DNA from: Thermodesulfobacteriota bacterium
GTDB lineage: Bacteria; Desulfobacterota_D; UBA1144; Nemesobacterales; Mycalebacteriaceae
Assembly (NCBI GenBank): GCA_965198945.1
Contig: CBDAQI010000013.1
Coordinates: 128,001 to 192,000 of the forward strand
Length of the DNA: 64,000 bases
Direction: 5' to 3'
Positions 40,516 to 50,800 of the stretch are shown in pieces. Every line of letters begins with the position of its first letter. The stretch's first letter is position 1. A model generated the notes under the pieces. That model had not been told where the DNA came from and made no database searches. It worked only from the letters and a program-made list of their open reading frames with translations. The translations under genes were made by a program, and so were the position numbers.

Positions 40516-43500
40516 TTAAAGCTCTGATGACGCCCGCAATTCCATTTCGCGGTCACTGTCTGAAGTTAGTTCAATCTGCAAACCGAGAGATTGAAGCTCT
40601 TTTCTTAAAACATTGAAAGATTCCGGAATACCCGGGTCAAGAGACATTTTGCCTTCAACTATTGAGGCAAACATCTTTGTTCTTCCTGCAACATCATCTG
40701 ACTTAACCGTCAGGAATTCCTGAAGCGTATGAGCTGCTCCGTAGGCTTCAAGCGCCCAGACTTCCATTTCACCAAGCCTCTGTCCTCCGAAGTGAGCTTT
40801 TCCTCCGAGCGGCTGCTGTGTCACAAGAGAATACGGCCCTATTGAACGCGCGTGTATTTTCTCTTCAACAAGGTGATGAAGCTTCAGCATATACATAATT
40901 CCCACAGTTACTTTCTGGTCAAAAGGCTCGCCGGTGCGTCCGTCAAACAAAGTTGTTTTTCCGTCTCCCGGCAGGTCTGCAATTTTCATAAAACTTTTTA
41001 TTTCCTCTTCCGTGGCGCCGTCAAAAACGGGAGAAGCAATGGGAATTCCCTCTTTAAGGGCTTTCACAAGATCATAAACCTGCTCATCTTTTATTGTGTC
41101 TATGAAAGACTTGTCACCATGAGTTTTTCCATAGAATTCTTTCAATTTGTCTTTAATGGCTCCGGGACTGTAATTTTTTTCTATATATTCATTGATTTGA
41201 CTGCCGATTTTTTTGCTTGCCCATCCCAGATGTGTTTCAAGAACCTGGCCCACATTCATCCTTGAGGGAACCCCGAGAGGGTTAAGGACCATGTCAACCG
41301 GTGTTCCGTCAGCCATATAGGGCATATCTTCCTGAGGAAGAATTCTTGATACGACACCCTTGTTTCCATGGCGTCCCGCCATTTTGTCTCCCACCTGCAG
41401 ATTCATTTTGACCGCGACATAAACCTTCACAGTTTTCAAAACACCGGGGGCAAGGTCGTCTTTCTGCTCAATTTTTTTAATTCTTTCCTCATGTTTCCGC
41501 TTTGCATCACTGATGTCTTTGATGCACAAATCCGCTTTTTCTTTGAGTGTTTCAGATAACGACTTAGGCTCAACTTTAATGTTTTGAATTTCTTCAAGGG
41601 TGAGCCGCTTCAGAGCTTCAATTTTAAAAGAGTCTCCTTTTGAAATAAGGTTTTCTCCTTCTCTGGTAATATTTGAAGACGCTTTTTTATCTTTTAACAG
41701 AGAGCATATTTCTTTGTCGGCACTCTCTCGTAAAATTGTCGTCTCCAGTTCCATTTCCTGTCTTATTTTTTTAATTTCTCTGACTTCAATCTCCTGAACT
41801 CTGGAGCTTTTTTCCGAAACTGCGCGAGAGGTCAGAACTTTGACATCTATAACCGTGCCGGCAATTGAGGAATGACTTCTCAGAGAAGTGTCTTTGACTT
41901 CTCTTGCTTTGTCTCCAAATATCGCACGCAGAAGTTTTTCTTCCTGAGACAGACGCGTCTCGCCCTTGGGCGATATTTTCCCCACAAGGATATCTCCCAT
42001 GTTCACGGTGGCTCCAACCCTTATTATTCCGCTCTCATCAAGATTTTTTATCGCATCTTCACCGATATTGGTAATGTCCCGGGTTATTTCCTCTTTGCCC
42101 AGCTTTGTTTCCCTGGCCTGACATTCAAATTCGTCTACGTGAATTGAGGTGAAAACATCATCTTTGACTATTCTTTCACTTATGAGAATTGCATCCTCAA
42201 AGTTGTATCCCCCCCAGGGCATAAAGGCCACCATCACATTCTGACCCAGGGCAAGCTCACCGTTTTTGGTGGAAGGGCCGTCCGCAATAATCTGTCCCTT
42301 TGAAACTTTCTGTCCCTTTGAAACTATCGGAGTCTGATTCCAGCAGGTTCCCTGGTTGGATTTGCAGAATTTGACCATTTTGTATGTCTCAATTCCGGAC
42401 ACTGAAGAGTTTGCGGACTTGCCCGGTTTGCTGTTTTTCACCATTATGACTTCCGAGTCGGCATGGATTACCTCGCCGTCCTCCCGGGCCACGAGAGCAA
42501 CGCCCGAGTCTTTGGCAACAGATGATTCAAGCCCCGTTCCCACAATCGGTGAAACGGCTCTTATCAGGGGAGTCGCCTGCCTCTGCATGTTTGAACCCAT
42601 AAGAGCTCTGTTAGCGTCATCATGTTCAAGAAAAGGTATTAAAGAAGCGGAGATTGAAACAAGCTGGGAGGGAGAAACATCCATATGAGTAACTTTATCT
42701 TTCTCCACCATTTTAATCTCGCCTTCGGAACGGGAAGAGACAAAGTCAAGAATAAAACGCCCGTCCTCATCAAGCGGCGCATTTGCCTGCGCAATCACTA
42801 TGTTTTTCTCTTCCTCTTCCAGTGCGCTCATTTTGACCGTCTTGTCTGTAACAACACCATTCTCAACAACACGGTAGGGAGCCCTTATGAATCCTAAGTC
42901 ATCAATTTCAGCATATGTGCTTATGCTTGATATGAGACCAATATTGGGCCCTTCCGGAGTTTCCACCGGACAGATTCGGCCGTAATGAGATGAGTGGACA
43001 TCTCTGACGGCAAACCCCGCTCTTTCCCGTGTCAGCCCTTTCGGGCCCAAAGCGCTGAGACGTCTCTTGTGGGTTATTTCCGAAAGCGGGTTGGTTTGAT
43101 CCATAAACTGTGAAAGCTGACCCGTTTTGAAAAAGTCTTTTACGATTGTGTCCACAACTTTCGGGACGACAATTTCTCTGGGCATTTTATTCTCAATACT
43201 CTGGTAACCAATCCTTTCTTTAACCGACCGCGCAAAACGTTCAAGACCGCTGTAGAAGGTTTCTTCTATCAACTCTCCGACAGTTTTCACTCTCCGGTTG
43301 CCCAGATGGTCAATATCATCCACCTGTCTGCGCCCGCCCTTCAGTTCAAGGAGGTATTTCAATGTTTGAATTATGTCTTCCCTGGTCAGAGTGAGTATTG
43401 TTTCGTCAACATTGTGTTTGAGTTTGTAGTTGAGTTTTTTCCTGCCGACCTGAGAAAGTCTGTATTTGGATGGATTGAAGAACATATCGGAGAAAAATGT

Positions 43501-44940
43501 TCGCGCAATCTCTTTACTCGGAGGATCTGTCGGCCGGAATTTTCTGTATATTTCAGCAATGGCACCGTCGCAAAAGACTTCAACTTCGGCCCCTATTGCG
43601 GAAAATGCGTCTCTAATCCCGCTGACTTCGGAAAGATGCAGGTTTTCAAAGGAGACCTCTTCGTTTTTGATAATATCAACATAACCGGGGGACTTCTTCA
43701 GTTCCTTTGAAAATTCATTTTTCCCGGCGCCCGCACGTTTCACATTCAAAGCGAATGTTCCGTTGATTGAGTTCCCGTAAATTCTTTTTTCTTCAAGAAG
43801 AGTGTCCGCAATTGAAAAAGGCACCGAAATATCGTCCATATAGTAAAAGGAAATTTTTTCAATTGAATTTTCCTTTAAAGATTTAATTGTCTCTTCGGTT
43901 ATTTTTTCTCCCAGGCGCGCTATGACCTCCCCGTTTTTATTTATGATGTTTTCAGCGCATATTTTTTCAAACAAGTCGGATTCACTTTCCAGCGGAATGG
44001 AATCTATATTCAGACTTTTCAGTTTTTCAACTGTTCTTGCCGTGAATTTTCTTCCTTTTTTAACGACTACTTCATCTCCCTTTTTGATATCCGCAAAGCT
44101 TTTCTGATGAATAATCGTTTCAGGGTTTATTTTTTTTAAGAGACCGCCTTGATTGTCAAACCTGACAGTTTCCATGCTGTAGAAATGATCAAGAATTTCT
44201 CTTTCCGTATATCCGAGAGCTTTGAGAAAAAGGGTGACAAGAAATCTTTTCCTACGGTCAATACGGACATTTAGAAAGCTTTTTGAGTCAAAGTCAAAAT
44301 CAAGCCACCTGCCGTCTTGGGGAATCACTCTTGCCACGAAAGACTCTCTTCCGGAGGCCTGAGACTGGTCTCCGAGTTTGGGGCCGTCAAAAAGCACTCC
44401 CGGAGAGCGGTGTATTTGATTTACAATAACTCTTTCGGCGCCGCCTATTATGAATGAACCGTTTGCGGTCATTTTAGGAATTTCACCGAAATAAACATCC
44501 TGCTCCGTTACGTCGCGAATCCCGTCTCCGTCTTCTTCCCAGACAATCAGACGCAGGGTGACGTAAAGCGAAACCGTATGGTCATAATTTTTGAGCTTGC
44601 ACTCCATTTCATCAAATTTGGGATTCAGGTCATAAATTTCGTGCCCGTTTTTATCTTTCAAACCCTTGCCGTCTTCGCCTACAACTCTCTGACCCAGACT
44701 GTAGTGAACAAAGTCAAGAGAAGTTCTCTCAGCATAATTTTCTATGGGGAAAACAGCCTTGAAAACGGCTTGCAGTCCGTGATTTTTTCTCCGTGCCCTG
44801 TCTTCCGGAGCAACATCCTCCTGGAGGAATTTTTTATAAGATTCCGTCTGGACATTCAGAAGGTTTGGAATTTCTTGAATAGCCGGTATTTTTGAAAAAG
44901 TTCTTCTTAAATTTATCCCATCAAAATTTTTAGAATTCAA
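40516..44940 (-). CDS. rpoB: RNA polymerase beta subunit with an L7/L12-CTD-like insertion
   Basis: [44 protein letters not shown]. Confidence 0.98.
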   Translation of the reverse strand: MNSKNFDGINLRRTFSKIPAIQEIPNLLNVQTESYKKFLQEDVAPEDRARRKNHGLQAVFKAVFPIENYAERTSLDFVHYSLGQRVVGEDGKGLKDKNGHEIYDLNPKFDEMECKLKNYDHTVSLYVTLRLIVWEEDGDGIRDVTEQDVYFGEIPKMTANGSFIIGGAERVIVNQIHRSPGVLFDGPKLGDQSQASGRESFVARVIPQDGRWLDFDFDSKSFLNVRIDRRKRFLVTLFLKALGYTEREILDHFYSMETVRFDNQGGLLKKINPETIIHQKSFADIKKGDEVVVKKGRKFTARTVEKLKSLNIDSIPLESESDLFEKICAENIINKNGEVIARLGEKITEETIKSLKENSIEKISFYYMDDISVPFSIADTLLEEKRIYGNSINGTFALNVKRAGAGKNEFSKELKKSPGYVDIIKNEEVSFENLHLSEVSGIRDAFSAIGAEVEVFCDGAIAEIYRKFRPTDPPSKEIARTFFSDMFFNPSKYRLSQVGRKKLNYKLKHNVDETILTLTREDIIQTLKYLLELKGGRRQVDDIDHLGNRRVKTVGELIEETFYSGLERFARSVKERIGYQSIENKMPREIVVPKVVDTIVKDFFKTGQLSQFMDQTNPLSEITHKRRLSALGPKGLTRERAGFAVRDVHSSHYGRICPVETPEGPNIGLISSISTYAEIDDLGFIRAPYRVVENGVVTDKTVKMSALEEEEKNIVIAQANAPLDEDGRFILDFVSSRSEGEIKMVEKDKVTHMDVSPSQLVSISASLIPFLEHDDANRALMGSNMQRQATPLIRAVSPIVGTGLESSVAKDSGVALVAREDGEVIHADSEVIMVKNSKPGKSANSSVSGIETYKMVKFCKSNQGTCWNQTPIVSKGQKVSKGQIIADGPSTKNGELALGQNVMVAFMPWGGYNFEDAILISERIVKDDVFTSIHVDEFECQARETKLGKEEITRDITNIGEDAIKNLDESGIIRVGATVNMGDILVGKISPKGETRLSQEEKLLRAIFGDKAREVKDTSLRSHSSIAGTVIDVKVLTSRAVSEKSSRVQEIEVREIKKIRQEMELETTILRESADKEICSLLKDKKASSNITREGENLISKGDSFKIEALKRLTLEEIQNIKVEPKSLSETLKEKADLCIKDISDAKRKHEERIKKIEQKDDLAPGVLKTVKVYVAVKMNLQVGDKMAGRHGNKGVVSRILPQEDMPYMADGTPVDMVLNPLGVPSRMNVGQVLETHLGWASKKIGSQINEYIEKNYSPGAIKDKLKEFYGKTHGDKSFIDTIKDEQVYDLVKALKEGIPIASPVFDGATEEEIKSFMKIADLPGDGKTTLFDGRTGEPFDQKVTVGIMYMLKLHHLVEEKIHARSIGPYSLVTQQPLGGKAHFGGQRLGEMEVWALEAYGAAHTLQEFLTVKSDDVAGRTKMFASIVEGKMSLDPGIPESFNVLRKELQSLGLQIELTSDSDREMELRASSEL

Positions 44941-45041
44941 TATAATAAAATCCTCCTTCCACTGTTCCCCATCGGGTAGCGGGAGACGAAAACATGTTAA
45001 AAAAGCAGAATCCAGTCATTATGCAAGACGGCTTAAGAGGG

Positions 45042-45431
45042 TCAGCCCACTTCCACAGTTGCACCGGCTTTTTCAAATTTTTTCTTCAGCTCTTCCGCTT
45101 CCTCTTTTTTCAAACCGTCTTTTATAAGTTTGGGAGCACTTTCAACAAGATCTTTTGATTCTTTAAGCCCGAGAGAGGTAACTTCTCTTACGGCTTTGAT
45201 AACTTGAATCTTATTTGCTCCAACGTCTTTTAGAGTAAGGTTAAATTCGGTCTTCTCCGCACCGGCGGAGTCTTCGCCCCCCTGGGCGCCAGCCACCGGA
45301 GCCGCCATTGCGACCTGAGGAGCCGCTTTAACATCAAACTTTTCCTCTATTTCCTTGATAAGCTCAGAGATTTCCATCATACTGGCCTTTTCAAGGTAGT
45401 TGATCACCTCTTCTTTTGTTACATCAGGCAT
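45042..45431 (-). CDS. rplL: 50S ribosomal protein L7/L12
   Basis: [28 protein letters not shown]. Confidence 0.97.
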   Translation of the reverse strand: MPDVTKEEVINYLEKASMMEISELIKEIEEKFDVKAAPQVAMAAPVAGAQGGEDSAGAEKTEFNLTLKDVGANKIQVIKAVREVTSLGLKESKDLVESAPKLIKDGLKKEEAEELKKKFEKAGATVEVG

Positions 45432-45499
45432 GGTTTTTCCTCCTTAATTTGTTTTCCCGAAAATGTTTTCGTAGCATTTCTTAAGACTGTTTCGTGTTT

Positions 45500-46048
45500 C
45501 TATTCTCCGGCCTCCGCCTCAGATGTTTCTCCGGATTTTTTCTGCTTCAACGCTTCAAGCGCGTAGACAAACTTGGAGCGTATTTGGTCCAATGTTCCAA
45601 CAAAGTTTGAGACGGGGGCGGCAAGAGCCGAAGCGAACATTGATATAAGAACCTGCCTTGAAGGCAGCTTTGATATCTGCTCAATTTCCTCAACCCCGCA
45701 AACTTTCCCGTCTACAAGACCGCCTTTGACAACAAGTTTCTCAAATTCTTTGCGTGCCTCTGCAAAAACTTTCGCCGTAGCCGGAAATTCCGGCCCGCAA
45801 ATTGCAATTGCAGTGGGACCGCGGAAAAGATCTTTGATTCTTTCAACCTCGGTGCCTTCACAGGCTTTGAGAAGAAACTTGTTCTTAACAACACGCAGCT
45901 CGGCATCGGTTTGTTTCACCCGGCACCTGACAGACTGCATGGTCTTCACATCAAGCCCCCTGTATTCCACCACAAGAACCGAGGTGGGATTCTTGAAAAC
46001 ATTTGTGAGCTCGTCTATGATCTTCTTTTTGTCTTCTCTGCTTTGCAT
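45500..46048 (-). CDS. rplJ: 50S ribosomal protein L10
   Basis: EYRGLDV, VVKN, GPTAIA, KLPSR; operon position. Confidence 0.94.
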   Translation of the reverse strand: MQSREDKKKIIDELTNVFKNPTSVLVVEYRGLDVKTMQSVRCRVKQTDAELRVVKNKFLLKACEGTEVERIKDLFRGPTAIAICGPEFPATAKVFAEARKEFEKLVVKGGLVDGKVCGVEEIEQISKLPSRQVLISMFASALAAPVSNFVGTLDQIRSKFVYALEALKQKKSGETSEAEAGE

Positions 46049-46774
46049 CTATGCCGCACTCTCAAAAACTTTTATTTCTTCTTTAACACTTGCCAGAACA
46101 ACATTGATTGACGGCCCCATCGTATTTGATATGCTCACTTTTTTGAAAAAATCGCCTTTTGAAGACGATGGCTTCATCTTCTGAAGAGAACAAAGGATAA
46201 AAAGCATATTTTCTTTCAGATGAGAAGTTTTGAATGAACTTTTTCCCACGGGAGCGTGGACAACACCGCTCTTATCGTTTCTTATCTCTATTCTACCACC
46301 CTTTGACTGTTTTACCATATTTGCAACATCGTTTGTAACCGTGCCCATACTGGGAGCGGGCATCAGCCCTCTGGGGCCGAGAAATCTGCCGAGTTTTCCG
46401 ACCTCCGCCATAACATCCGGCGTTGCAATTGCAACATCAAAACCAAGCCAGTTTTCGGTCTCTATTTTTTTCACAAATTCTTCCAACCCAGCATAGTCGG
46501 CGCCCGCCTCTTTTGCTTCGGCCACTTTTTCATCTTTGGCAAAAACCAGCACAGTCAGAGTTTTGCCCGTGCCGTGGGGTAAAACAAGTGAATTTCTTAT
46601 CTGCTGATCCGCATGTTTTGGGTCTATCCCAAGCTTGACGGCTATGTCAACTGACTCATCAAACTTTGCGGAACGTGTCTTCGGGATAAGACTTACGGAC
46701 TCTTCCAGGCTGTAAAAGTTTCTCCTCTCAAACCTGTCGCATAATTCTTTATATCTTCTGCCTCTTTTTGTCAT
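46049..46774 (-). CDS. rplA: 50S ribosomal protein L1
   Basis: AKFDESVD, LPHGTGK, LGPRGLMP, TMGP. Confidence 0.96.
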   Translation of the reverse strand: MTKRGRRYKELCDRFERRNFYSLEESVSLIPKTRSAKFDESVDIAVKLGIDPKHADQQIRNSLVLPHGTGKTLTVLVFAKDEKVAEAKEAGADYAGLEEFVKKIETENWLGFDVAIATPDVMAEVGKLGRFLGPRGLMPAPSMGTVTNDVANMVKQSKGGRIEIRNDKSGVVHAPVGKSSFKTSHLKENMLFILCSLQKMKPSSSKGDFFKKVSISNTMGPSINVVLASVKEEIKVFESAA

Positions 46775-46775
46775 T

Positions 46776-47198
46776 TCAATTCTGCTCCACATCAATTCCG
46801 ATGCTTTTTGCGCTTCCTATAATAATATTTCTGGCGGCTGATATATCATCGGTATTTAAGTCTCCAATCTTTTTCTCAGCTATTTCATCAATCTGACTCA
46901 TTGTTAATTTCCCGACCTTCACTCTTGGAACATTGGATGATCCCTTCTCTATTTTTGCAGCTTGCTTGAGCAAATAAGAAACCGGAGGAGCTTTGATTTC
47001 AAGTGAAAAAGACTTGTCTTTGTAAACCGTGATAATAACCGGAAGCAACCCTTCTTTTCCGGCTGTCTCCGCATTAAAAGCCTTGCAGAACTCCATTATA
47101 TTTATTCCCTTCTGACCTAGAGCGGGACTGATCTGTGGAGACGGGGAGGCTTTCCCCGCCGGAACAAGCAATTTTAAGTAACCGTCTGTCTGTTTCAT
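46776..47198 (-). CDS. rplK: 50S ribosomal protein L11
   Basis: [28 protein letters not shown]. Confidence 0.95.
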   Translation of the reverse strand: MKQTDGYLKLLVPAGKASPSPQISPALGQKGINIMEFCKAFNAETAGKEGLLPVIITVYKDKSFSLEIKAPPVSYLLKQAAKIEKGSSNVPRVKVGKLTMSQIDEIAEKKIGDLNTDDISAARNIIIGSAKSIGIDVEQN

Positions 47199-47199
47199 T

Positions 47200-47766
47200 T
47201 TACATTTGCTCCACTTGGTTGAAATCCAGTTCTATGGGTGTTGATCTGCCGAATATGCTTACCAGAACAAGAACTTTTCCCTTCTCAGCGTCAATCTGAC
47301 GAATGACACCGGAAAGGTTTGCAAACGGGCCTTCAACAACTTTCACCTTTTCCCCCTGGTCAAAAGATATTTTGAGTTTGGGCTTAAGGGTGCCCTGCTG
47401 AATCCGGGTTTTGAGTTTCAAAATCTCTTCCTCGTCAATGGAGAAAACCGATGACGGGTCTATTTTCCCGGATTTCATCTCCTCACCGATAAAACCGTTC
47501 ACCCTTGGTATGTCATTTATGAAATGCCAGGTCTGTTCTTTCATTTCCATATTTACAAGCACATAACCCGGAAAAAACATCTTCTCCGAAGTTTTTTTCT
47601 TTCCGTCCTTCTTTGATTCAACCAAAGTCTCGGTTGGAATCAAAACTTCGCCCACCGGAACTTTTTCCCTGGAAGCGCGCACTTTGTCTTCTATGAAAGA
47701 TTTCACTTTCTTTTCATATCCGGTGCTGACCTGGACCGCATACCATTTTTTTTTGTCTGATTCCAT
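47200..47766 (-). CDS. nusG: Transcription factor NusG
   Basis: [15 protein letters not shown] motif [18 protein letters not shown]. Confidence 0.96.
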   Translation of the reverse strand: MESDKKKWYAVQVSTGYEKKVKSFIEDKVRASREKVPVGEVLIPTETLVESKKDGKKKTSEKMFFPGYVLVNMEMKEQTWHFINDIPRVNGFIGEEMKSGKIDPSSVFSIDEEEILKLKTRIQQGTLKPKLKISFDQGEKVKVVEGPFANLSGVIRQIDAEKGKVLVLVSIFGRSTPIELDFNQVEQM

Positions 47767-47781
47767 TTTATTTTTTTCAAA

Positions 47782-47976
47782 TTATATCAATATCAAACCG
47801 ATAAGGGATGAAAACAAGTAGTCGGCAATCGCAAGCACCACAGTGAACAAAATTGACACAAAAAGAACCACTATCGTTGCCTTTACCGTGCTGTCGCGAC
47901 CGGGCCATGATATTTTCCAAAACTCAATCTCGACCTCTTTCAAGTATTTAACAGCTTTTTTCAAATACTGCTGCAA
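47782..47976 (-). CDS. secE: Preprotein translocase SecE
   Basis: EFWKISWP plus one TM helix; TTG after GGAGG; upstream of nusG. Confidence 0.9.
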   Translation of the reverse strand: MQQYLKKAVKYLKEVEIEFWKISWPGRDSTVKATIVVLFVSILFTVVLAIADYLFSSLIGLILI

Positions 47977-48007
47977 TCTTTCCTCCGGAAACAGGCAGTC
48001 AAAAAAA

Positions 48008-48080
48008 CAGGGCAGGAGGGAATCGAACCCCCAACCTGCGGTTTTGGAGACCGCTGCTCTCCCGATTGAGCTACTGCCCT
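48008..48080 (-). tRNA. tRNA-Trp(CCA)
   Basis: AGGGCAG/CTGCCCT stem, CTCCAAA loop. Confidence 0.96.
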
Positions 48081-48099
48081 TAAACACCCCATCCGGTAG

Positions 48100-49275
48100 C
48101 TACTCAATAATTCCGGTAACGACGCCGGCTCCCACGGTTCTGCCCCCTTCCCTGATTGCAAAACGGAGCTGCTCTTCCATCGCCACCGGAGCTATCAGCT
48201 CCACTTCCATATTCACATTATCGCCCGGCATCACCATCTCCACACCATCGGGCAGCTTCACAGAACCCGTCACATCCGTAGTCCGCAAATAAAACTGAGG
48301 ACGATACCCGGGGAAAAAAGGAGTGTGACGACCACCCTCCTCCTTCTTCAACACATACACCTCCGCAGAAAACTTCTTGTGAGGCGTAATGCTCCCCACC
48401 GCAGACAAAACCTGACCACGCTCAACAGAATCCTTCTCTATCCCACGCAGCAGCACACCCACATTGTCCCCCGCAACCGCATCATCCAGTATCTTCCTGA
48501 ACATCTCAAGACTCGTCGCAACCGTCTTCACCGTCTCACTAAACCCCACTATCTCAACCTCATCACCAGCCTCTATCCTGCCGCGCTCAACCCTGCCCGT
48601 AACAACCGTGCCGCGACCCGATATCGTAAACACATCCTCCACAGCCATAATAAAAGGCTTGTCAACCTCGCGCACAGGCTCAGGCACATATCCGTCCACC
48701 GCAGACATCAACTCCCGTATCTGACCCGCAGCATCTCCGTCTCCCTCAAGAGCCTTCAAAGCGCTCACCTTCATTATCGGTATATCATCGCCCGGAAACT
48801 TATACTCGTTCAACAACTCCCGTATCTCAAGCTCAACCAAATCCAAAAGCTCAGGATCATCCAGCATGTCCACCTTGTTCAACGCAACCACTATTGAAGG
48901 AACTCCAACCTGACGCGCAAGCAAGATGTGCTCCCGCGTCTGTGGCATGGGACCGTCAGGAGCGCTCACAACCAGTATCGCACCGTCCATCTGCGCCGCC
49001 CCCGTTATCATGTTCTTCACATAATCCGCATGACCGGGACAGTCAACATGAGCATAATGACGCCCCTCAGTCTCATACTCAACATGAGATATGTTTATCG
49101 TTATCCCCCTGTCCTTCTCCTCAGGAGACTTGTCTATGTCCCCAAACTCCACAAACTCCGCCATGTCCAAAACCTTCGTTATCGCAGCCGTAAGCGTAGT
49201 CTTGCCGTGATCAACATGACCAATAGTCCCTATGTTCAAATGAGGCTTGCCCCTCTCAAACTTCGCCTTAGACAT
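48100..49275 (-). CDS. tuf: Elongation factor Tu
   Basis: [25 protein letters not shown]. Confidence 0.98.
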   Translation of the reverse strand: MSKAKFERGKPHLNIGTIGHVDHGKTTLTAAITKVLDMAEFVEFGDIDKSPEEKDRGITINISHVEYETEGRHYAHVDCPGHADYVKNMITGAAQMDGAILVVSAPDGPMPQTREHILLARQVGVPSIVVALNKVDMLDDPELLDLVELEIRELLNEYKFPGDDIPIMKVSALKALEGDGDAAGQIRELMSAVDGYVPEPVREVDKPFIMAVEDVFTISGRGTVVTGRVERGRIEAGDEVEIVGFSETVKTVATSLEMFRKILDDAVAGDNVGVLLRGIEKDSVERGQVLSAVGSITPHKKFSAEVYVLKKEEGGRHTPFFPGYRPQFYLRTTDVTGSVKLPDGVEMVMPGDNVNMEVELIAPVAMEEQLRFAIREGGRTVGAGVVTGIIE

Positions 49276-49308
49276 ATCTCAAACACCTCCTGAAAAAAGA
49301 AAAATTAA

Positions 49309-49381
<73 letters not shown>

Positions 49382-49394
49382 AGTATCAGTTCCG

Positions 49395-49468
49395 AGCGGG
49401 AGACGGGACTCGAACCCGCGACCCTCAGCTTGGAAGGCTGATGCTCTAGCCAACTGAGCTACTCCCGC
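49395..49468 (-). tRNA. tRNA-Gly(TCC)
   Basis: GCGGGAG/CTCCCGC stem, CTTCCAA loop. Confidence 0.96.
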
Positions 49469-49490
49469 AGACTGGCCGGACTTGTGTTCA

Positions 49491-49573
49491 TGGGGAGGGT
49501 AGGATTCGAACCCACGTAGGCTTACGCCGGCAGATTTACAGTCTGCTGCTTTTGACCACTCAGCCACCTCCCC
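49491..49573 (-). tRNA. tRNA-Tyr(GTA)
   Basis: GGGGAGG/CCTCCCC stem, CTGTAAA loop, long variable arm. Confidence 0.96.
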
Positions 49574-49626
49574 CTCTTCTTGAAAAAAAACAACAGACAT
49601 AATCCAATTTCATCCCGACTTTTTAC

Positions 49627-49699
49627 AGCTGGCGAAGGGATTCGAACCCCCGACCTGCTGATTACAAATCAGCTGCTCTGCCAACTGAGCTACGCCAGC
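49627..49699 (-). tRNA. tRNA-Thr(TGT)
   Basis: GCTGGCG/CGCCAGC stem, TTTGTAA loop. Confidence 0.96.
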
Positions 49700-49736
49700 G
49701 GTAAAACAAACATTTACAATACCGACAAAGTGCCCC

Positions 49737-49764
49737 ATTATATACGAAAGAAAAACAGTGTCAA
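49737..49764 (-). promoter_or_regulatory. Consensus sigma70 stable-RNA-type promoter of the tRNA-tuf operon
   Basis: Perfect TTGACA-N16-TATAAT followed by a GC-rich GGGGCAC discriminator. Confidence 0.85.
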
Positions 49765-49774
49765 ACAGAAAGCG

Positions 49775-50218
49775 TTAAACAAAAGAAGCCGTTATTGAGG
49801 CTTCCGAAATTTTTTCTCCCCCGCCGAGTTCGGCCAGAGCTTTGAAAACCATTACTCTGCTGCGCTTTCTCGTCAGGCTTACAGAAAGAGTCAAAAGCGT
49901 CCCGGGGAGGACGGGCTTTCTAAACCGGCACTTGTCAAGCCCCATAAGGTATGCGTTGGAAAACCCGCTTTTTTTTATCTCATCCTCAAATGACGCCCCG
50001 ATAAGAACGCCGCCCGCTTGCGCCAGCGCTTCGGTGATGACAACTCCCGGCACAACCGGGTTTCCGGGGAAATGACCGCGGAAGAAAAATTCTTCGGGCT
50101 CAAAAGTTTTTTCCGCTTTTAACCGTTCGCCTTTTTCAAATTCGGTTACACGGTCAAGAAACAGGAAAGGTTCTCTGTGCGGAATAAACTTTTTTATCTG
50201 TTCTTTATCAAATATCAC
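49775..50218 (-). CDS. fabZ: 3-hydroxyacyl-ACP dehydratase
   Basis: IPHREPFLFLD, GHFPGNPVVPGV..EALAQ, FRKPVLPG. Confidence 0.93.
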   Translation of the reverse strand: MIFDKEQIKKFIPHREPFLFLDRVTEFEKGERLKAEKTFEPEEFFFRGHFPGNPVVPGVVITEALAQAGGVLIGASFEDEIKKSGFSNAYLMGLDKCRFRKPVLPGTLLTLSVSLTRKRSRVMVFKALAELGGGEKISEASITASFV

Positions 50219-50222
50219 CTTT

Positions 50223-50780
50223 TCAGTATTTCTGGTCGTATAAACTGATTATCTTTTCCGTAACATCAACATTTTGAGATATAAAAATGACTCCCGCATT
50301 GGTGTTGGCAAGTATGAGTGAGTAGCCTTCAGACTTTCCGAATTCATTCACAACACTCTGTATTTGTGAAAAAATTTCCCTTTTCATTTCTTCCTGTTTT
50401 CTTGTCAAGTCATCTGAAAAATCTTCTTTTGCGCGCAAGAGATCTTTCTTTTTCTGTTCAAGCGCCCTGCTTTTTTCACTCAGGGTCTCTTCGTTCATGA
50501 TGGAGAGACTCTTGGCAAAATCGTTTTCCAGATTTTCATACTGGAGGCTCTTTTCATCAAGAATTTTCTGTTTGTTTTTAAATTCTTTTTCAAGAGATTC
50601 TCTGGCTCTTTTACCGGCTTTTGAGTTGATAAGAACGCGCTGGATGTCAACAATTGCTATGCGCTCCGCCGTGTTCTCCTGCGCTCCAACCTTCACGCAA
50701 AAGGGAATTGCGAGAGCAGTCAGCAGAAAAGTTGCCAGTGTAAAACTTAAAAAATAAAAACGAGAAAATCTCTTGGTCAT
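50223..50780 (-). CDS. skp: OmpH/Skp periplasmic chaperone
   Basis: Signal peptide, IAIVDIQRVL, coiled coil, DVTEKII; follows bamA. Confidence 0.9.
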   Translation of the reverse strand: MTKRFSRFYFLSFTLATFLLTALAIPFCVKVGAQENTAERIAIVDIQRVLINSKAGKRARESLEKEFKNKQKILDEKSLQYENLENDFAKSLSIMNEETLSEKSRALEQKKKDLLRAKEDFSDDLTRKQEEMKREIFSQIQSVVNEFGKSEGYSLILANTNAGVIFISQNVDVTEKIISLYDQKY

Positions 50781-50800
50781 TTTTCTCCTCCTTAAAAAGT

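Noticed and set aside
43030..43135. Rifampicin-resistance changes in RpoB cluster I
   Set aside because: The Q513, D516, H526 and S531 equivalents are wild type.
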